This document shows, one piece after another, positions 16,420 to 26,096 of a stretch of 64,000 bases of DNA. Origin of the DNA: a virus (Duplodnaviria; Heunggongvirae; Uroviricota; Caudoviricetes); the IMG/VR virus record IMGVR_UViG_2645727901_000008; one strand, 5' to 3'. The position numbers and the translations under genes were made by a program. The stretch's first letter is position 1, and every line of letters begins with the position of its first letter. Under the pieces are notes generated by a model. That model searched no databases, was not told the origin of the DNA, and saw nothing but the letters and a program-made list of their open reading frames with translations.

Positions 16420-17042
16420 TGGTGAAACGAGTTTTGAAAATTTACATCGCGGGGCCGATGACTGGTTATCCAGATTACAACCGTGCTGCGTTTAATGCGA
16501 AAGCGAGCGAGCTGATGGCTGAAGGGCATATCGTTCTGAATCCAGCTGTGTTACCTGGTGGCCTTTGTCAGAGTGAATACATGGATATTTGCCTGGCAAT
16601 GGTGCGTTCTGCTGATGCGATCTACTTGCTCAATCGATGGGAGGAATCGATTGGTGCTCGTGCAGAGCACGCGCTGGCTGAAAAGCTGGGGCTGACTGTA
16701 ATTTATGAATCACCAACCAACATTGAATGCCAGGTTGCTCCGCATATTTACCGGGAACTGGTCAATGCGTTACGTGATGTTGCTATTGAATGTCACGGCA
16801 CGGATCAGCTTCGCGCTCGCTTAAGCCAAACCCTTTCCAGTTACCTGTCTTTGGCTGAAGGATACAACCTCCGACAGCGAAGAATGGTCAAATTAATCAC
16901 TCTTTTATCGCAATCCCTTGCAAATGCTGAACCAACCAATCCGCTACCTGGTGACGCAATGAATTATCTGAAGTCATGCGGTGTTGTTTCTGAAGATGCA
17001 GTTCGTTTTGTGGAGTTTATGTCTCGGAGGATGTCGGCGTGA
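16419..17042 (+). CDS. DUF4406 / nucleoside 2-deoxyribosyltransferase-like protein with a C-terminal extension
   Basis: KIYIAGPMTGYPDYNRAAFNAKA..GHIVLNPA..DAIYLLNRWEESIGARAEHALAEKLG. Start taken at the ATG coupled to the upstream peptide (the track start 16392 is upstream of it). Confidence 0.6.
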   Translation: MVKRVLKIYIAGPMTGYPDYNRAAFNAKASELMAEGHIVLNPAVLPGGLCQSEYMDICLAMVRSADAIYLLNRWEESIGARAEHALAEKLGLTVIYESPTNIECQVAPHIYRELVNALRDVAIECHGTDQLRARLSQTLSSYLSLAEGYNLRQRRMVKLITLLSQSLANAEPTNPLPGDAMNYLKSCGVVSEDAVRFVEFMSRRMSA

Positions 17043-17356
17043 GCTGGCGGGGATGGGGAAGGGCAGAAATCATGATACTCCGCCAGTGCGCCGGAACTAT
17101 GACGGTAGAGAGTATTGGGAAGCTGATCGGTCGTACCGGTGATGCCGTCAGGACTAAAGCGCGGGAGCTGGGGATCAGCATGATTCTGAAAGGAGACTTT
17201 CATCCGTCAGCCAAATACCGGCAGAGCGATATAGAACTGGCACGGCAGCTTCATCAGTGTGGTGTTCCCCGCCGTGAGATCGCGGAAAAACTCGAAATGC
17301 CCCTGGGCATGATTAATCAGTACGTTTATTTCGAAAGGAGAGTACATGAAGTCTGA
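17039..17356 (+). CDS. Small putative DNA-binding (HTH) protein
   Basis: 105 aa with a GTGA-coupled start and two HTH-like stretches (IGKLIGRTGDAVRTKAREL; GVPRREIAEKLEM). Confidence 0.35.
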   Translation: MSWRGWGRAEIMILRQCAGTMTVESIGKLIGRTGDAVRTKARELGISMILKGDFHPSAKYRQSDIELARQLHQCGVPRREIAEKLEMPLGMINQYVYFERRVHEV

Positions 17357-17771
17357 AGGTTTAACGCCAGAGCAACTGGCGGAGCGTAACGCTCAGTATG
17401 TGACGGAAATTTCCCGTCTTGAGAAAGAGCGCGCGGCGCTGGCGGCGGAGAATGCAGGGCTAAAGGCGATATGTGATGACTGTCGCAGGTTCATCATGAA
17501 TGGTGTGCAGATGGGTTATATCAAGGTGCCAACAGCGGAAACAGATCCAGACCTTGAGACAATACGTATTGCTATATCACCACAAAAGCCCATTCCAGCC
17601 ACCGATGCTTTTCTGGCTGAAGTCCGGGCACAGGGATTGGAGATGTTTGCTCAGAAATGTAACTCAAAATCAGAACAGTCGATTGCATCTGATATACGCG
17701 ATAACTGGAAACTACTCGGTGAACATGCCACTGACTTTGCCGCAGAGCTTCGCAAGGGAGGGAAACAGTGA
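17346..17771 (+). CDS. Hypothetical early protein
   Basis: 141-aa ORF in a tightly coupled plus-strand operon. Confidence 0.35.
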   Translation: MKSEGLTPEQLAERNAQYVTEISRLEKERAALAAENAGLKAICDDCRRFIMNGVQMGYIKVPTAETDPDLETIRIAISPQKPIPATDAFLAEVRAQGLEMFAQKCNSKSEQSIASDIRDNWKLLGEHATDFAAELRKGGKQ

Positions 17772-18016
17772 GTAATTCAGCACGACTACAGCTTGGTTTT
17801 TCACCGCTATCAAAAACCATCGTGTTGGCAAAAATGCGTGACTTAGGGGATGGAACAAAACGTCGTGTTGGCAATGATCGCGGTCGTGATGTAACCAACG
17901 AGGCCGCTCAACTCGTCTGGCATCTGGTCATGGCAGAAGGCGGTGAAATTAATTGGGAGCTGGATGATGGTTCGCGCATGGTATTGAAGGCAGAAAAGCA
18001 GGAGCCACCACAGTGA
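17768..18016 (+). CDS. Hypothetical early protein
   Basis: 82 aa, GTGA-coupled. Confidence 0.3.
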   Translation: MSNSARLQLGFSPLSKTIVLAKMRDLGDGTKRRVGNDRGRDVTNEAAQLVWHLVMAEGGEINWELDDGSRMVLKAEKQEPPQ

Positions 18017-18306
18017 ATATCGACACCACGATAACGATCGATACGGCCCTCAACACAGGTTTGGCCCTGCTCGGTTGGTTTTACATCATGTTCAGTGCGG
18101 GGAAGTGGGCGGCCTCTGTTTTTCTAAAGCAGTGGGGAAAGCGCCGCAAACAGGAGATACGCCAGAAAGCGTTAGAGGCGTTCTATGACGCCTTTGAACT
18201 TAGCCGCATTGAGCCTGGCACAACAGCCAGGGTAGCAACAAAAGATGACCTGATGATCGTGATGTTCCGACAGGAGAAAGCAAATGGCAGCAAAGCGAAT
18301 GACTAA
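18013..18306 (+). CDS. Hypothetical membrane-anchored protein
   Basis: 97 aa, N-terminal hydrophobic helix (LNTGLALLGWFYIMFSAG). Confidence 0.3.
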   Translation: MNIDTTITIDTALNTGLALLGWFYIMFSAGKWAASVFLKQWGKRRKQEIRQKALEAFYDAFELSRIEPGTTARVATKDDLMIVMFRQEKANGSKAND

Positions 18307-18508
18307 TCGCGAACTTGTTGATGCCGCGATTGAACTTGCTGGCGATTTTTATTCCATGATGGGGTACACGCATCGCCCAGGCTTCAAATATTGGGAGTCT
18401 CCGCACCCGCAAGAGCAACGGGTATTTCAAATGGCCTGTCGCGCTTTTGAAGTTATTCGCGGTTCTGATGTGATGGACGCGATTGCTGATTTGGAGGATG
18501 AAGAGTGA
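18284..18508 (+). CDS. Hypothetical protein
   Basis: 74-aa ORF in the operon. Confidence 0.3.
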   Translation: MAAKRMTNRELVDAAIELAGDFYSMMGYTHRPGFKYWESPHPQEQRVFQMACRAFEVIRGSDVMDAIADLEDEE

Positions 18509-18816
18509 ACACAATTAAAGAAATGCCGGTAGAACGTGATGAATATGGCTGCTGGACACATCCGGAGTATGAGAAGTTTTGCGCAGGTCGTGAATATATT
18601 TCCACTGAGGAATTTGACGCCTGGATGAAGGAAAATAATCTTCAGTGGACTATTCGCAGTATGGATGAAGATGATTTTGATCTGGACGCAGCTGGTCCCG
18701 ATATTGCCGCCTGGGAACCGGAGCGACCAGAAGGTGAAGGCTGGTTTGTTGGCTCTATTCATGACACTGAAGATGGTCCAGTTTGTATCTGGCTGCGGGA
18801 GAAGGTTGCCGCATGA
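18505..18816 (+). CDS. Hypothetical acidic protein
   Basis: 103 aa, GTGA-coupled. Confidence 0.3.
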   Translation: MNTIKEMPVERDEYGCWTHPEYEKFCAGREYISTEEFDAWMKENNLQWTIRSMDEDDFDLDAAGPDIAAWEPERPEGEGWFVGSIHDTEDGPVCIWLREKVAA

Positions 18817-19505
18817 TCCAAGCTATGCATGAAGTGAATTTATATAGCCGTATTGATGGTTCTGGCTACAGAAACATATGGGTAGTTGGTGATCTGCATG
18901 GTTGCTACACCAGACTGATGTCCGAACTCCATCGTGTGGATTTTGACCCGGCGCAGGATTTACTGATATCGGTTGGCGACCTTATCGATCGCGGTACTGA
19001 AAATGTCGAATGTCTGGAACTATTACAGATGCCCTGGTTCAGGGCAGTAATGGGGAACCATGAGCGGTTGATGCTTGATGCGTTAAGTCCTGATGGCAAC
19101 GTGAATAACTGGCTAATGAATGGCGGACAATGGTTCTTCATGCTGGACACTGATCAGGAAATATTAGCCAAGGCGCTGGTGGAGCTGGTAAAGCGTCTGC
19201 CATATATCATTGAGTTGAACACCGGACATGAAACTATCGTTATAGCCCATGCCGACTATCCAGGTGGAGAGTACCAGTTCGGTAAGGATGTATCGCTTTT
19301 TGATGTTGTCTGGTCGCGCAGTCGCGTCGGTGATTCGATAGATGGCATTGGTGGAGAAATCACAGGCGCAGATCGCTTTATCTTTGGGCACACACCGGTA
19401 CGAAGACCAAAAGCATACTGGAATCAGCACTACATAGACACGGGCGCGGTTTTTTGTGGAAATCTGACGCTAATGCAGGTGAAGGGAGGGCAGCTTAAAG
19501 TCTGA
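18813..19505 (+). CDS. Ser/Thr protein phosphatase (lambda PPase / PrpA-like metallophosphatase)
   Basis: [15 protein letters not shown] and GNHE motifs. ATGA coupling at 18813. Confidence 0.8.
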   Translation: MIQAMHEVNLYSRIDGSGYRNIWVVGDLHGCYTRLMSELHRVDFDPAQDLLISVGDLIDRGTENVECLELLQMPWFRAVMGNHERLMLDALSPDGNVNNWLMNGGQWFFMLDTDQEILAKALVELVKRLPYIIELNTGHETIVIAHADYPGGEYQFGKDVSLFDVVWSRSRVGDSIDGIGGEITGADRFIFGHTPVRRPKAYWNQHYIDTGAVFCGNLTLMQVKGGQLKV

Positions 19506-19530
19506 TCAAATCATTTACGCACTCAAAATG

Positions 19531-19560
19531 CGTTAGAACATTGATTTTAGTTTTCTAACA
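19531..19560. promoter_or_regulatory. Bivalent motif (candidate operator) upstream of the DUF968 gene
   Basis: CGTTAGA-N16-TCTAACA. TTGATT is embedded in the spacer, as at 16195. Confidence 0.5.
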
Positions 19561-19602
19561 TATTATTTTACCACTCGGAACAAAACAGAGTCGGTATGCA
19601 TT

Positions 19603-20598
19603 ATGAGTGCAATAATCACCCCATATGTCGTAAATGAAACTGGTGTGGCTGTCTTTCCGGTAGACAAGCCCACCAGCAACTACATCGGCGCAGGTCGCCG
19701 TTTCATTATCTCACCACTTCCGCGAGAACAGGCTGAAAACACTCCAGATGGCGTAGTGGATCTGAATTATTCGCTGGTTGCCAACCAGTCGCTGAAACCA
19801 TTTTTTCAAAGCGAGCGCGTATTTAACGCGTTAGGCGGTGAAGATTCGCTTGTTCATTGGGTAAGTTCCAATATCCACGATTGCCAGGCGCACGATAAGC
19901 GCGATTGCAGCCACCAGCTAACCACTCATTTCTATAACGGCTCTGCCGTTCGCCTGTGCTGGAAGCATGATGCGGAATACATGATGAAGGGGTACAGCAA
20001 GCTGGACGACCAGTTATCCCTGAATCGCGCCAACTGGGTTATGAACTGGGCTGCGAGCGAGTTAAAACTACCGCCAGAACGCGATCTGAGCATGGTTGAA
20101 CTCACTTTTTGGGCCATTCGCCGGAATCTGAAAGATGAGCTGCCAGATGAAGCCGGGCGCATTGCATTTTGTCAGCCAAAAACTGAAATCCCTACCGGTA
20201 CGCTGAAAGAATCAGATATCACCTGGGAGCACAGTACCCGCGAGCTGGTGGACATAACCGCAGAGCAGATCGTCAACCTGTCTGTAGATGAGGATTCCGG
20301 CCTGCTTTATATGCGCCGACCAAAAGCGGTCCTCGGTAAAAGCCCAGCTTATCTCCGGTTTGTGGTTTCTCGTCCGTGCATCGGATGCGGTGGCAAAGTT
20401 AACCACCCGTTCATGTACCGCGCCCGCTCGTTAAACGAACACGACCGCTGGGCTGTTCCTCTTTGTGATGACTGCGCCAGAAGCGCAGAACACGATGTCC
20501 GGGCATGGGAAAAAGCACATGGCATACGCCTTTATGTAGCCGCTAACCAGCTTTTCGACTTCGCCATCGAGCGCGGAGTGATCACGTTCAATAACTGA
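19603..20598 (+). CDS. DUF968-type protein (Cys-rich C-terminus)
   Basis: C-terminal RPCIGCGG..HDRWAVPLCDDCARSAEHD pattern, which I associate with DUF968 prophage proteins. Confidence 0.45.
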   Translation: MSAIITPYVVNETGVAVFPVDKPTSNYIGAGRRFIISPLPREQAENTPDGVVDLNYSLVANQSLKPFFQSERVFNALGGEDSLVHWVSSNIHDCQAHDKRDCSHQLTTHFYNGSAVRLCWKHDAEYMMKGYSKLDDQLSLNRANWVMNWAASELKLPPERDLSMVELTFWAIRRNLKDELPDEAGRIAFCQPKTEIPTGTLKESDITWEHSTRELVDITAEQIVNLSVDEDSGLLYMRRPKAVLGKSPAYLRFVVSRPCIGCGGKVNHPFMYRARSLNEHDRWAVPLCDDCARSAEHDVRAWEKAHGIRLYVAANQLFDFAIERGVITFNN

Positions 20599-20611
20599 TG
20601 GGAACAACGCA

Positions 20612-20911
20612 ATGAGTCAAGGTAACGGTGGTGGAGCTGCAAAGTGCAGAATCTCCACTTGTTTGATTAATGGCAGAAAAATAGAACCGTGCGCGGCGCT
20701 GGCACAATCTCTGGAGCAGGATGCTGAATACACGACGCGAAAAGGCCTGCTGAAATACAAAGTCTATAACCATGAATTAATTCATTCACAGGACCTGATC
20801 ATGCTGCGGTCTGGTGAATTTTCTAAATCGCCTATTCGAGTTTCATTTTGCCCATTCTGTGGTGAAAGTCTGAAAACGTGGGAAGCGGAGGCAACCAGTG
20901 AGCAAAATTAA
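20612..20911 (+). CDS. Small zinc-ribbon protein (paralogue of 22404-22667)
   Basis: Both copies share KCRI..G..IEPCA.LA..LE and the C-terminal FCPFCGESLKTW..EATSE. Confidence 0.4.
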   Translation: MSQGNGGGAAKCRISTCLINGRKIEPCAALAQSLEQDAEYTTRKGLLKYKVYNHELIHSQDLIMLRSGEFSKSPIRVSFCPFCGESLKTWEAEATSEQN

Positions 20912-21356
20912 CTATCAAGAACTGCGCGAGGCGGCGGAACAGGCAACGCAAGATGAATGGGTAGCATATATTTTGCCGGGTCATAACGGCATTTATCCTG
21001 CGCGCACGTCTGAAGGTAGGCATTGCGGATACTTTATTGACTGGCCTGGCATTGATGGACAAAGGAATGCTGGTGCTAATGCCCGTTATATCGCGGCTAT
21101 CCCACCAAAAGTTGCACTGTCACTCCTAGGCGAAATTAAGCGCCTGGAGGACAAAAATATTGATGCCATGTGCCAAATTGCAGAGCTGGAGAGCAATCGC
21201 GCGGCGCTGGCGGCGGAGCATGGTATTCAGATTGCAATAAATGAACTGCTTGCTCTGGCCCCGCGTCTGGATAAACGAGCGATGGATGCACTCTCTGTGG
21301 CTGTGGAGCACCTGTGTAAACTGATTAAGAAGGAGGCAGTCAGTGAGCAAAATTAA
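20898..21356 (+). CDS. Ead/Ea22-like protein (copy 1)
   Basis: GTG start. MSKINYQELREAAEQAT..W is the characteristic Ea22-like N-terminus. Coiled-coil centre. Confidence 0.55.
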   Translation: MSKINYQELREAAEQATQDEWVAYILPGHNGIYPARTSEGRHCGYFIDWPGIDGQRNAGANARYIAAIPPKVALSLLGEIKRLEDKNIDAMCQIAELESNRAALAAEHGIQIAINELLALAPRLDKRAMDALSVAVEHLCKLIKKEAVSEQN

Positions 21357-22023
21357 TTACCAGGCACTGCGTGAGGCGGCAGAAAAAGCACTACATGGTG
21401 AATGGGGTTACGAGGCAGGGGCAATCTGGAATACCTGTGATAGCGGCTATGTTCAGCACATGGCAGCGGTCGAGACTGGCGATGATGTTAGCGATGAAGA
21501 GCATATGAGCAATATGCGTTTTATCACGCTCGCCACGCCAACTGTTGTTCTTGGATTGCTTGATGAGCTTTCTGAAGCTAAAGCTGCCGAAGAGAATGAG
21601 TCCAGTTGTGCTAACAGCGTTATCGACATCGCTATCAACTGGCAGATGCGAGCCAAAGATGCAGAAGCCAAGCTGGAAGCCGCAGAGAAGCGCATTGCGG
21701 AACTGGAAACAAAAGCGAACCAGCAAACCAGAATAAGCGATAAGAATCTGACCAGGCTGATTGCCGATGCTGACAAAATGCTGGGTATGCGTTCGCCGGT
21801 TATAGACAGCGAGTGGTGGACGCTTTTACGGCAGTTCCTGATTGAACTTCAGGATCGCCGCAGAAACAGCATTTCTGAATCTGGAATCCGTGCTGAAACC
21901 CTGAATGATTTAATCCGACATATTGACAGAAACCTGGATATTGACGCGATGAAATCGCCGTTTGAACTGTCATCTGAAATTGTGGATTACGTTAATAGGC
22001 AACTGCACAAGGAGAATTCGTAA
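21343..22023 (+). CDS. Ead/Ea22-like protein (copy 2)
   Basis: MSKINYQALREAAEKALHGEW. Shares the NQQTRISDKNLTRLIADADK segment with the fragment at 22243. Confidence 0.55.
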   Translation: MSKINYQALREAAEKALHGEWGYEAGAIWNTCDSGYVQHMAAVETGDDVSDEEHMSNMRFITLATPTVVLGLLDELSEAKAAEENESSCANSVIDIAINWQMRAKDAEAKLEAAEKRIAELETKANQQTRISDKNLTRLIADADKMLGMRSPVIDSEWWTLLRQFLIELQDRRRNSISESGIRAETLNDLIRHIDRNLDIDAMKSPFELSSEIVDYVNRQLHKENS

Positions 22024-22242
22024 TGCAGGTGGCATTTGTTGGCCTGTTACCGCATCCGATCCGCCTTTGGGCGGATATGTCACTCATAAAAACGCATTTT
22101 TTTACTACTGATGGCGGCATTCCGGCACCAAAGCGCCGTCATACCGGTATTGCAGCGGCACGACGAGCAGCAAAGAGACGCAGGAGAGCAAAGCGATGAA
22201 AAACCGTAAAGCAAATAAAGTGGCAAAACAGGAGGCGGCGCA

Positions 22243-22407
22243 GTGAACCAGCAAACCAGAATAAGCGATAAGAGCCTGACCAGACTGATTGCCGATGCGG
22301 ACAAGGTGCTGGAGCGGAACACACCCGTTGCCGATGAGGAATGGTGGCAGGATTTCCGGGCTGCAATGCTGGAACTTCAGGAACGTCGTCGGGAGGAGTT
22401 GAAGTGA
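22243..22407 (+). pseudogene. Truncated Ea22-like C-terminal fragment (54 codons)
   Basis: Own translation: VNQQTRISDKSLTRLIADADKVLERNTPVADEEWWQDFRAAMLELQERRREELK, near-identical at DNA level to 21718-21860. AGGAGG precedes the GTG, so it may still be expressed. Confidence 0.5.
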
Positions 22408-22667
22408 GTGAATTAAAGTGTCGAATTAATGGCAATCAGATAGAACCGTGTGCGGTACTGGCAAAAGCACTCGAATATGGAAATCCAGCCTTTAAGAGTA
22501 AAGGCATATTTATCCCGGAACGCGTGAATATAAATACCGGCGAGCCAGGCTTAGACATTGCTCAAATTCACTCCGGCCAATATGTCGGTCGTGGTGTTGC
22601 CATGTGTTTTTGCCCGTTCTGTGGTGAAAGTCTGAAAACATGGAAAAAGGAGGCAACCAGTGAGTGA
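22404..22667 (+). CDS. Small zinc-ribbon protein (paralogue of 20612-20911)
   Basis: GTG at 22404 overlaps the fragment's stop. VSELKCRINGNQIEPCAVLAKALE..FCPFCGESLKTWKKEATSE. Confidence 0.4.
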   Translation: MSELKCRINGNQIEPCAVLAKALEYGNPAFKSKGIFIPERVNINTGEPGLDIAQIHSGQYVGRGVAMCFCPFCGESLKTWKKEATSE

Positions 22668-23214
22668 AGTTAACTATCAGGCACTGCGTGAGGTGGCAGA
22701 GGCCGCGAAGGGGGATACGACGTGGCAGAACCTACAGGCTTTTCATGCTGCGGCAACGCTGGAGGTTGTGCAGGCGTTGCTGGATGAAAACGAAAGACTG
22801 TGTCGCGATCTGATAGCTCGTAATGGTGAGATTGAAGGGCTTCGGGAGTGGGCAGAAGAACTGGAGGCACGGGAAGTGGCTTTGCCAGTAGCGTCATGCA
22901 TTGTTGAAGATGGATGCATGTGTGTTGATGGGTTCAGTGAGTATGTAGGTCACTCGCTACCTGATGGAATGCATGAGCTTTATGCTGCCCCACCAGCGTC
23001 GGTAGTGCCGGAAGGACTAGTTAAAGCAGTGCGTTTCTATGAACAGGTAAAGTGTGAGAATCCGCCAGTCGAAACCGGAGCATGGAAAGACGCTATTGAC
23101 TGGGTGCTCAAAGAGGCTTGCCAGGCTGTAAACATTGGCATCAAAGGAGAGAGATATGGCAACTTTAACAAAAAAAGAACAAGCATGGTTGAACGAATTA
23201 CAGGACGTTCTTGA
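22660..23214 (+). CDS. Ead/Ea22-like protein (copy 3)
   Basis: MSEVNYQALREVAEAAKGD. Same junction with the preceding zinc-ribbon gene as copy 1. Confidence 0.5.
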   Translation: MSEVNYQALREVAEAAKGDTTWQNLQAFHAAATLEVVQALLDENERLCRDLIARNGEIEGLREWAEELEAREVALPVASCIVEDGCMCVDGFSEYVGHSLPDGMHELYAAPPASVVPEGLVKAVRFYEQVKCENPPVETGAWKDAIDWVLKEACQAVNIGIKGERYGNFNKKRTSMVERITGRS

Positions 23215-23419
23215 TCGCTGTCCGTCACCGAAAAAAATAGGCTTTTACACCATTGGCGATAAAAACATTTACCTGTATGACCTACGCCGCATGGATGTAA
23301 TCATGGAGGCTCTTGATAATCGTTCGTCGATGGATTGGTGTGCTGCTGTCCATGATATGAATGCCGGATTTGATGAAACGATTTTGTTCCCCTCATCAGT
23401 TGAAAGCACTGCGGGTTAA
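23156..23419 (+). CDS. Hypothetical protein
   Basis: MATLTKKEQAWLNEL.. with a GGAGAGAG SD. Overlaps the 3' end of the previous ORF by 59 nt. Confidence 0.35.
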   Translation: MATLTKKEQAWLNELQDVLDRCPSPKKIGFYTIGDKNIYLYDLRRMDVIMEALDNRSSMDWCAAVHDMNAGFDETILFPSSVESTAG

Positions 23420-23429
23420 GGAGTAACAC

Positions 23430-23813
23430 ATGACCACTATTACCAAAGAACGTATTGAATTGTTCATTAAAAATCCGCTTGAAAACGGACTTACCCGTGG
23501 CGAACAAATGGAACTGGCACGAATTGCACTGGCCTCGCTTGAGGCAGAGCCAGTTGGTGCATTCCACATTGCTGAACAGCAAGTTGACGGCACAAGTGAC
23601 TACATCAAGGATGGGGAGTGGCCTATTGATAATGGGACAATTGAAGTCTACGCCGCCCCGCCAGTACCGGTAGTACCTGCTGCATTACCTGAGAACGACG
23701 ATGAGGACGGGCAGGACATTGATTATCTTGAGCCATCTGAAGTTTACGCGCTTGGGCGAACAGCTGGCTGGAACGCCTGCCGTGCTGCCATGCTTAAGGG
23801 AGATAAATCATGA
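23430..23813 (+). CDS. Hypothetical protein
   Basis: 127-aa ORF, AAGGAG SD. Confidence 0.35.
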   Translation: MTTITKERIELFIKNPLENGLTRGEQMELARIALASLEAEPVGAFHIAEQQVDGTSDYIKDGEWPIDNGTIEVYAAPPVPVVPAALPENDDEDGQDIDYLEPSEVYALGRTAGWNACRAAMLKGDKS

Positions 23814-24181
23814 TTAATCGTACCAAGCTGGAGCACATCCTCGAATATGCCAGACAGCAGAAGCGCTTTGGTCAGCATTGCAAAATTCCGCCAGGAGATA
23901 TGGTTGAAATCGTGGAGATTGCCATGCGTAAGGCTGGCAACTATCCGGTAACTCCGGATAGTTGGATAAGCTGTAGTGATCGAATGCCTGAAAAGGGCCA
24001 GAACGTGCTTATTTCGGTGAATTTCGATAGCTCTCTGGTTGAACCGCTAATATGCTCCGCACGCTATACCGGAAGCACCTTTCGGCGCGGAGATGCAACG
24101 ATTAAGCCGGGTAATGGTATTGAGCAAGCAACTCACTGGATTCCGCTACCGGAACCGCCGCAGGAGGTTAACCGTGGCTAA
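23810..24181 (+). CDS. DUF551-like protein
   Basis: WISCSDRMPEKGQNVLIS..THWIPLPEPP, the pattern I associate with DUF551. Confidence 0.5.
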   Translation: MINRTKLEHILEYARQQKRFGQHCKIPPGDMVEIVEIAMRKAGNYPVTPDSWISCSDRMPEKGQNVLISVNFDSSLVEPLICSARYTGSTFRRGDATIKPGNGIEQATHWIPLPEPPQEVNRG

Positions 24182-24455
24182 CCTGCAACTTGCCGTCAAA
24201 GGTGAATACTTCGATGCCATGATTCGCGGGGAGAAAACAGAAGAATATCGCCTGTGTAATGACTACTGGAATAAGCGAATTATGTTCCGGGAATATGACC
24301 GCCTGATTATCACAAAGGGATATCCGAAGCGCGACGATTCCAGTCGCAGAATAGACGTCCCGTATAACGGATATGAAATCAAGACAATCACACATCCGCA
24401 CTTCGGTGATAAACCGGTAAAGGTGTTCGCGATAAAAGTGAAGATTAATAGCTAA
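24174..24455 (+). CDS. ASCH-domain-like protein
   Basis: GTG 24174 with a GGAGG SD. LAVKGEYFDAMIRGEKTEEYR..ITKGYP. Confidence 0.4.
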   Translation: MANLQLAVKGEYFDAMIRGEKTEEYRLCNDYWNKRIMFREYDRLIITKGYPKRDDSSRRIDVPYNGYEIKTITHPHFGDKPVKVFAIKVKINS

Positions 24456-24478
24456 ATTTCAATTAACACGGAGTAATT

Positions 24479-24772
24479 ATGTGGCGCGGTAATAATCATG
24501 GCGGAAGCCAGATGATACTTACCGAATATACGTTCGACCCCAAAACCTATAAATCACGTTCAGTATATTTGCTTCGGCACAATAGCCGCGTAAGGAATAC
24601 CGTGCTGGAGCAAAATCTGACCGTTGAAATGGATAATTTTGGGAACTTCAAGCCAACAATTGCGCTTGATGATTTTCCGCGTGGTTTAAGCGAAAGAGAA
24701 GCAATGCTGAAATTAGCAGAATGGCTACAAAGATTAAGCATTGCTATTGAAGATAACTGGTCTGAACCTTAA
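24479..24772 (+). CDS. Hypothetical protein
   Basis: 97-aa ORF. Confidence 0.3.
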   Translation: MWRGNNHGGSQMILTEYTFDPKTYKSRSVYLLRHNSRVRNTVLEQNLTVEMDNFGNFKPTIALDDFPRGLSEREAMLKLAEWLQRLSIAIEDNWSEP

Positions 24773-24778
24773 ATTTAT

Positions 24779-25153
24779 ATGATGACACTAAAACATTTTC
24801 TTGACCGCCCATTATGGGCGGCAGCCGCAGGCTATGATTTTAATTATATGGATTGCATGTCTTATACTGCCAATGCATACGACCATTCGTTCAGCCTGCT
24901 GTTTAATTCTTTAAGAATATTGCCGGAAACAGAAGTTGGAGAGCTTCATTTATGGCTATTGGGTTTTATCGCGGCTGTCGTTGGTATTGCTGTATGGCCT
25001 TTTATTTTCTGGCTGGTGGCTGTTGTAGTGTGGTTTAAGTGCAAGACATACCGGAAAAAGTATTTCTTAGGTGATGGAATGACTGATATTGCCAAAATGA
25101 ACATTGAAAAATGGACTAAGGAATGTGAAAAGAAATGGCGCAAAAAGAAATGA
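24779..25153 (+). CDS. Hypothetical membrane protein
   Basis: Hydrophobic stretch LWLLGFIAAVVGIAVWPFIFWLVAVVVWF. Confidence 0.35.
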   Translation: MMTLKHFLDRPLWAAAAGYDFNYMDCMSYTANAYDHSFSLLFNSLRILPETEVGELHLWLLGFIAAVVGIAVWPFIFWLVAVVVWFKCKTYRKKYFLGDGMTDIAKMNIEKWTKECEKKWRKKK

Positions 25154-25758
25154 CCAGAATCACTGAAGAGCGTATATCAGAGATTATTTCCCGTATCGAA
25201 ATGTATGGTCACGGAGCTGGATATACGGCAGATGAAGTATTGGAAATAGCCCAGCAGATGCTGGCCTTGAGACAAAAAGAGCAACATGAAAGTAATACGT
25301 GTAGATTGAATTTTGAGCAGTGGCTGGAACAGCAACGCGGGAAAATCGATGTGGACTGTGGTTGTGTGTCCACTGAAACATTCATGCACTGGCTGCGGGT
25401 AGCTTACGAGGCTGGCAACTATCCGGATATTCCGGATAGTTCGGCGCAAGCACCAGGGAAGGGGGGGTTCCCCGGAGAGCGGATCCGAATTAAGCCGCAT
25501 GTTTACCGTGAACTGGTTAACCGCCTCCACGATACAGCGATCAAGTGTGCTGGCACCCAGCAATTACGGGAAAGAATTAGCCGCGTTTTGGGCGAAGTTA
25601 TTACACCAGATCGTCATAAACAAGCCGAGAAAAGCGGCCTGGAAAGGAGTCATCTTGAGGCGGCATTAAACATTAAACCGGGGCATACGCTAGGTGTCAT
25701 TGATGCCATGTTGGTTCATGAAATGGCTAAGGCGTTATTGCCACTGGAGGCTGATTAA
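25135..25758 (+). CDS. Hypothetical protein sharing a ~35-aa module with 16419-17042
   Basis: KPHVYRELVNRLHDTAIKCAGTQQLRERISRVLGEVI versus APHIYRELVNALRDVAIECHGTDQLRARLSQTLSSYL. Confidence 0.35.
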   Translation: MAQKEMTRITEERISEIISRIEMYGHGAGYTADEVLEIAQQMLALRQKEQHESNTCRLNFEQWLEQQRGKIDVDCGCVSTETFMHWLRVAYEAGNYPDIPDSSAQAPGKGGFPGERIRIKPHVYRELVNRLHDTAIKCAGTQQLRERISRVLGEVITPDRHKQAEKSGLERSHLEAALNIKPGHTLGVIDAMLVHEMAKALLPLEAD

Positions 25759-25827
25759 ATTCCGGATAAAGCTGATATCTGATCACCATGCTAAAATCCC
25801 CTCAATTCACAGAGGGGATTTTTGTAT

Positions 25828-26094
25828 ATGTTGCGTAGATTTTTAGGTAAAAGCGTTATTGTCGGTGCGATGTTGGCTATGTCTGGGTGTGCTATGGTGC
25901 AATACAATGACGGAGAAAAGGTTAGCATCCAGTCAGATGGTTGGTATGGCCTGGATAGCCTGCAAAAAACAGCGGATAAAGCCTGCCAGCAATACGGAAA
26001 GTCTAAAGCCGTATATCAGCATAGCGCGAACGCTAACCCTCATCTTGCGCCCGGTTCGGGTGTTCAGAATACCATCTGGAAATGTGAGCCTTAA
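25828..26094 (+). CDS. Probable lipoprotein/secreted small protein
   Basis: [21 protein letters not shown].. (signal peptide with a lipobox-like SGC). GAGGGGA SD. Confidence 0.45.
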   Translation: MLRRFLGKSVIVGAMLAMSGCAMVQYNDGEKVSIQSDGWYGLDSLQKTADKACQQYGKSKAVYQHSANANPHLAPGSGVQNTIWKCEP

Positions 26095-26096
26095 AC

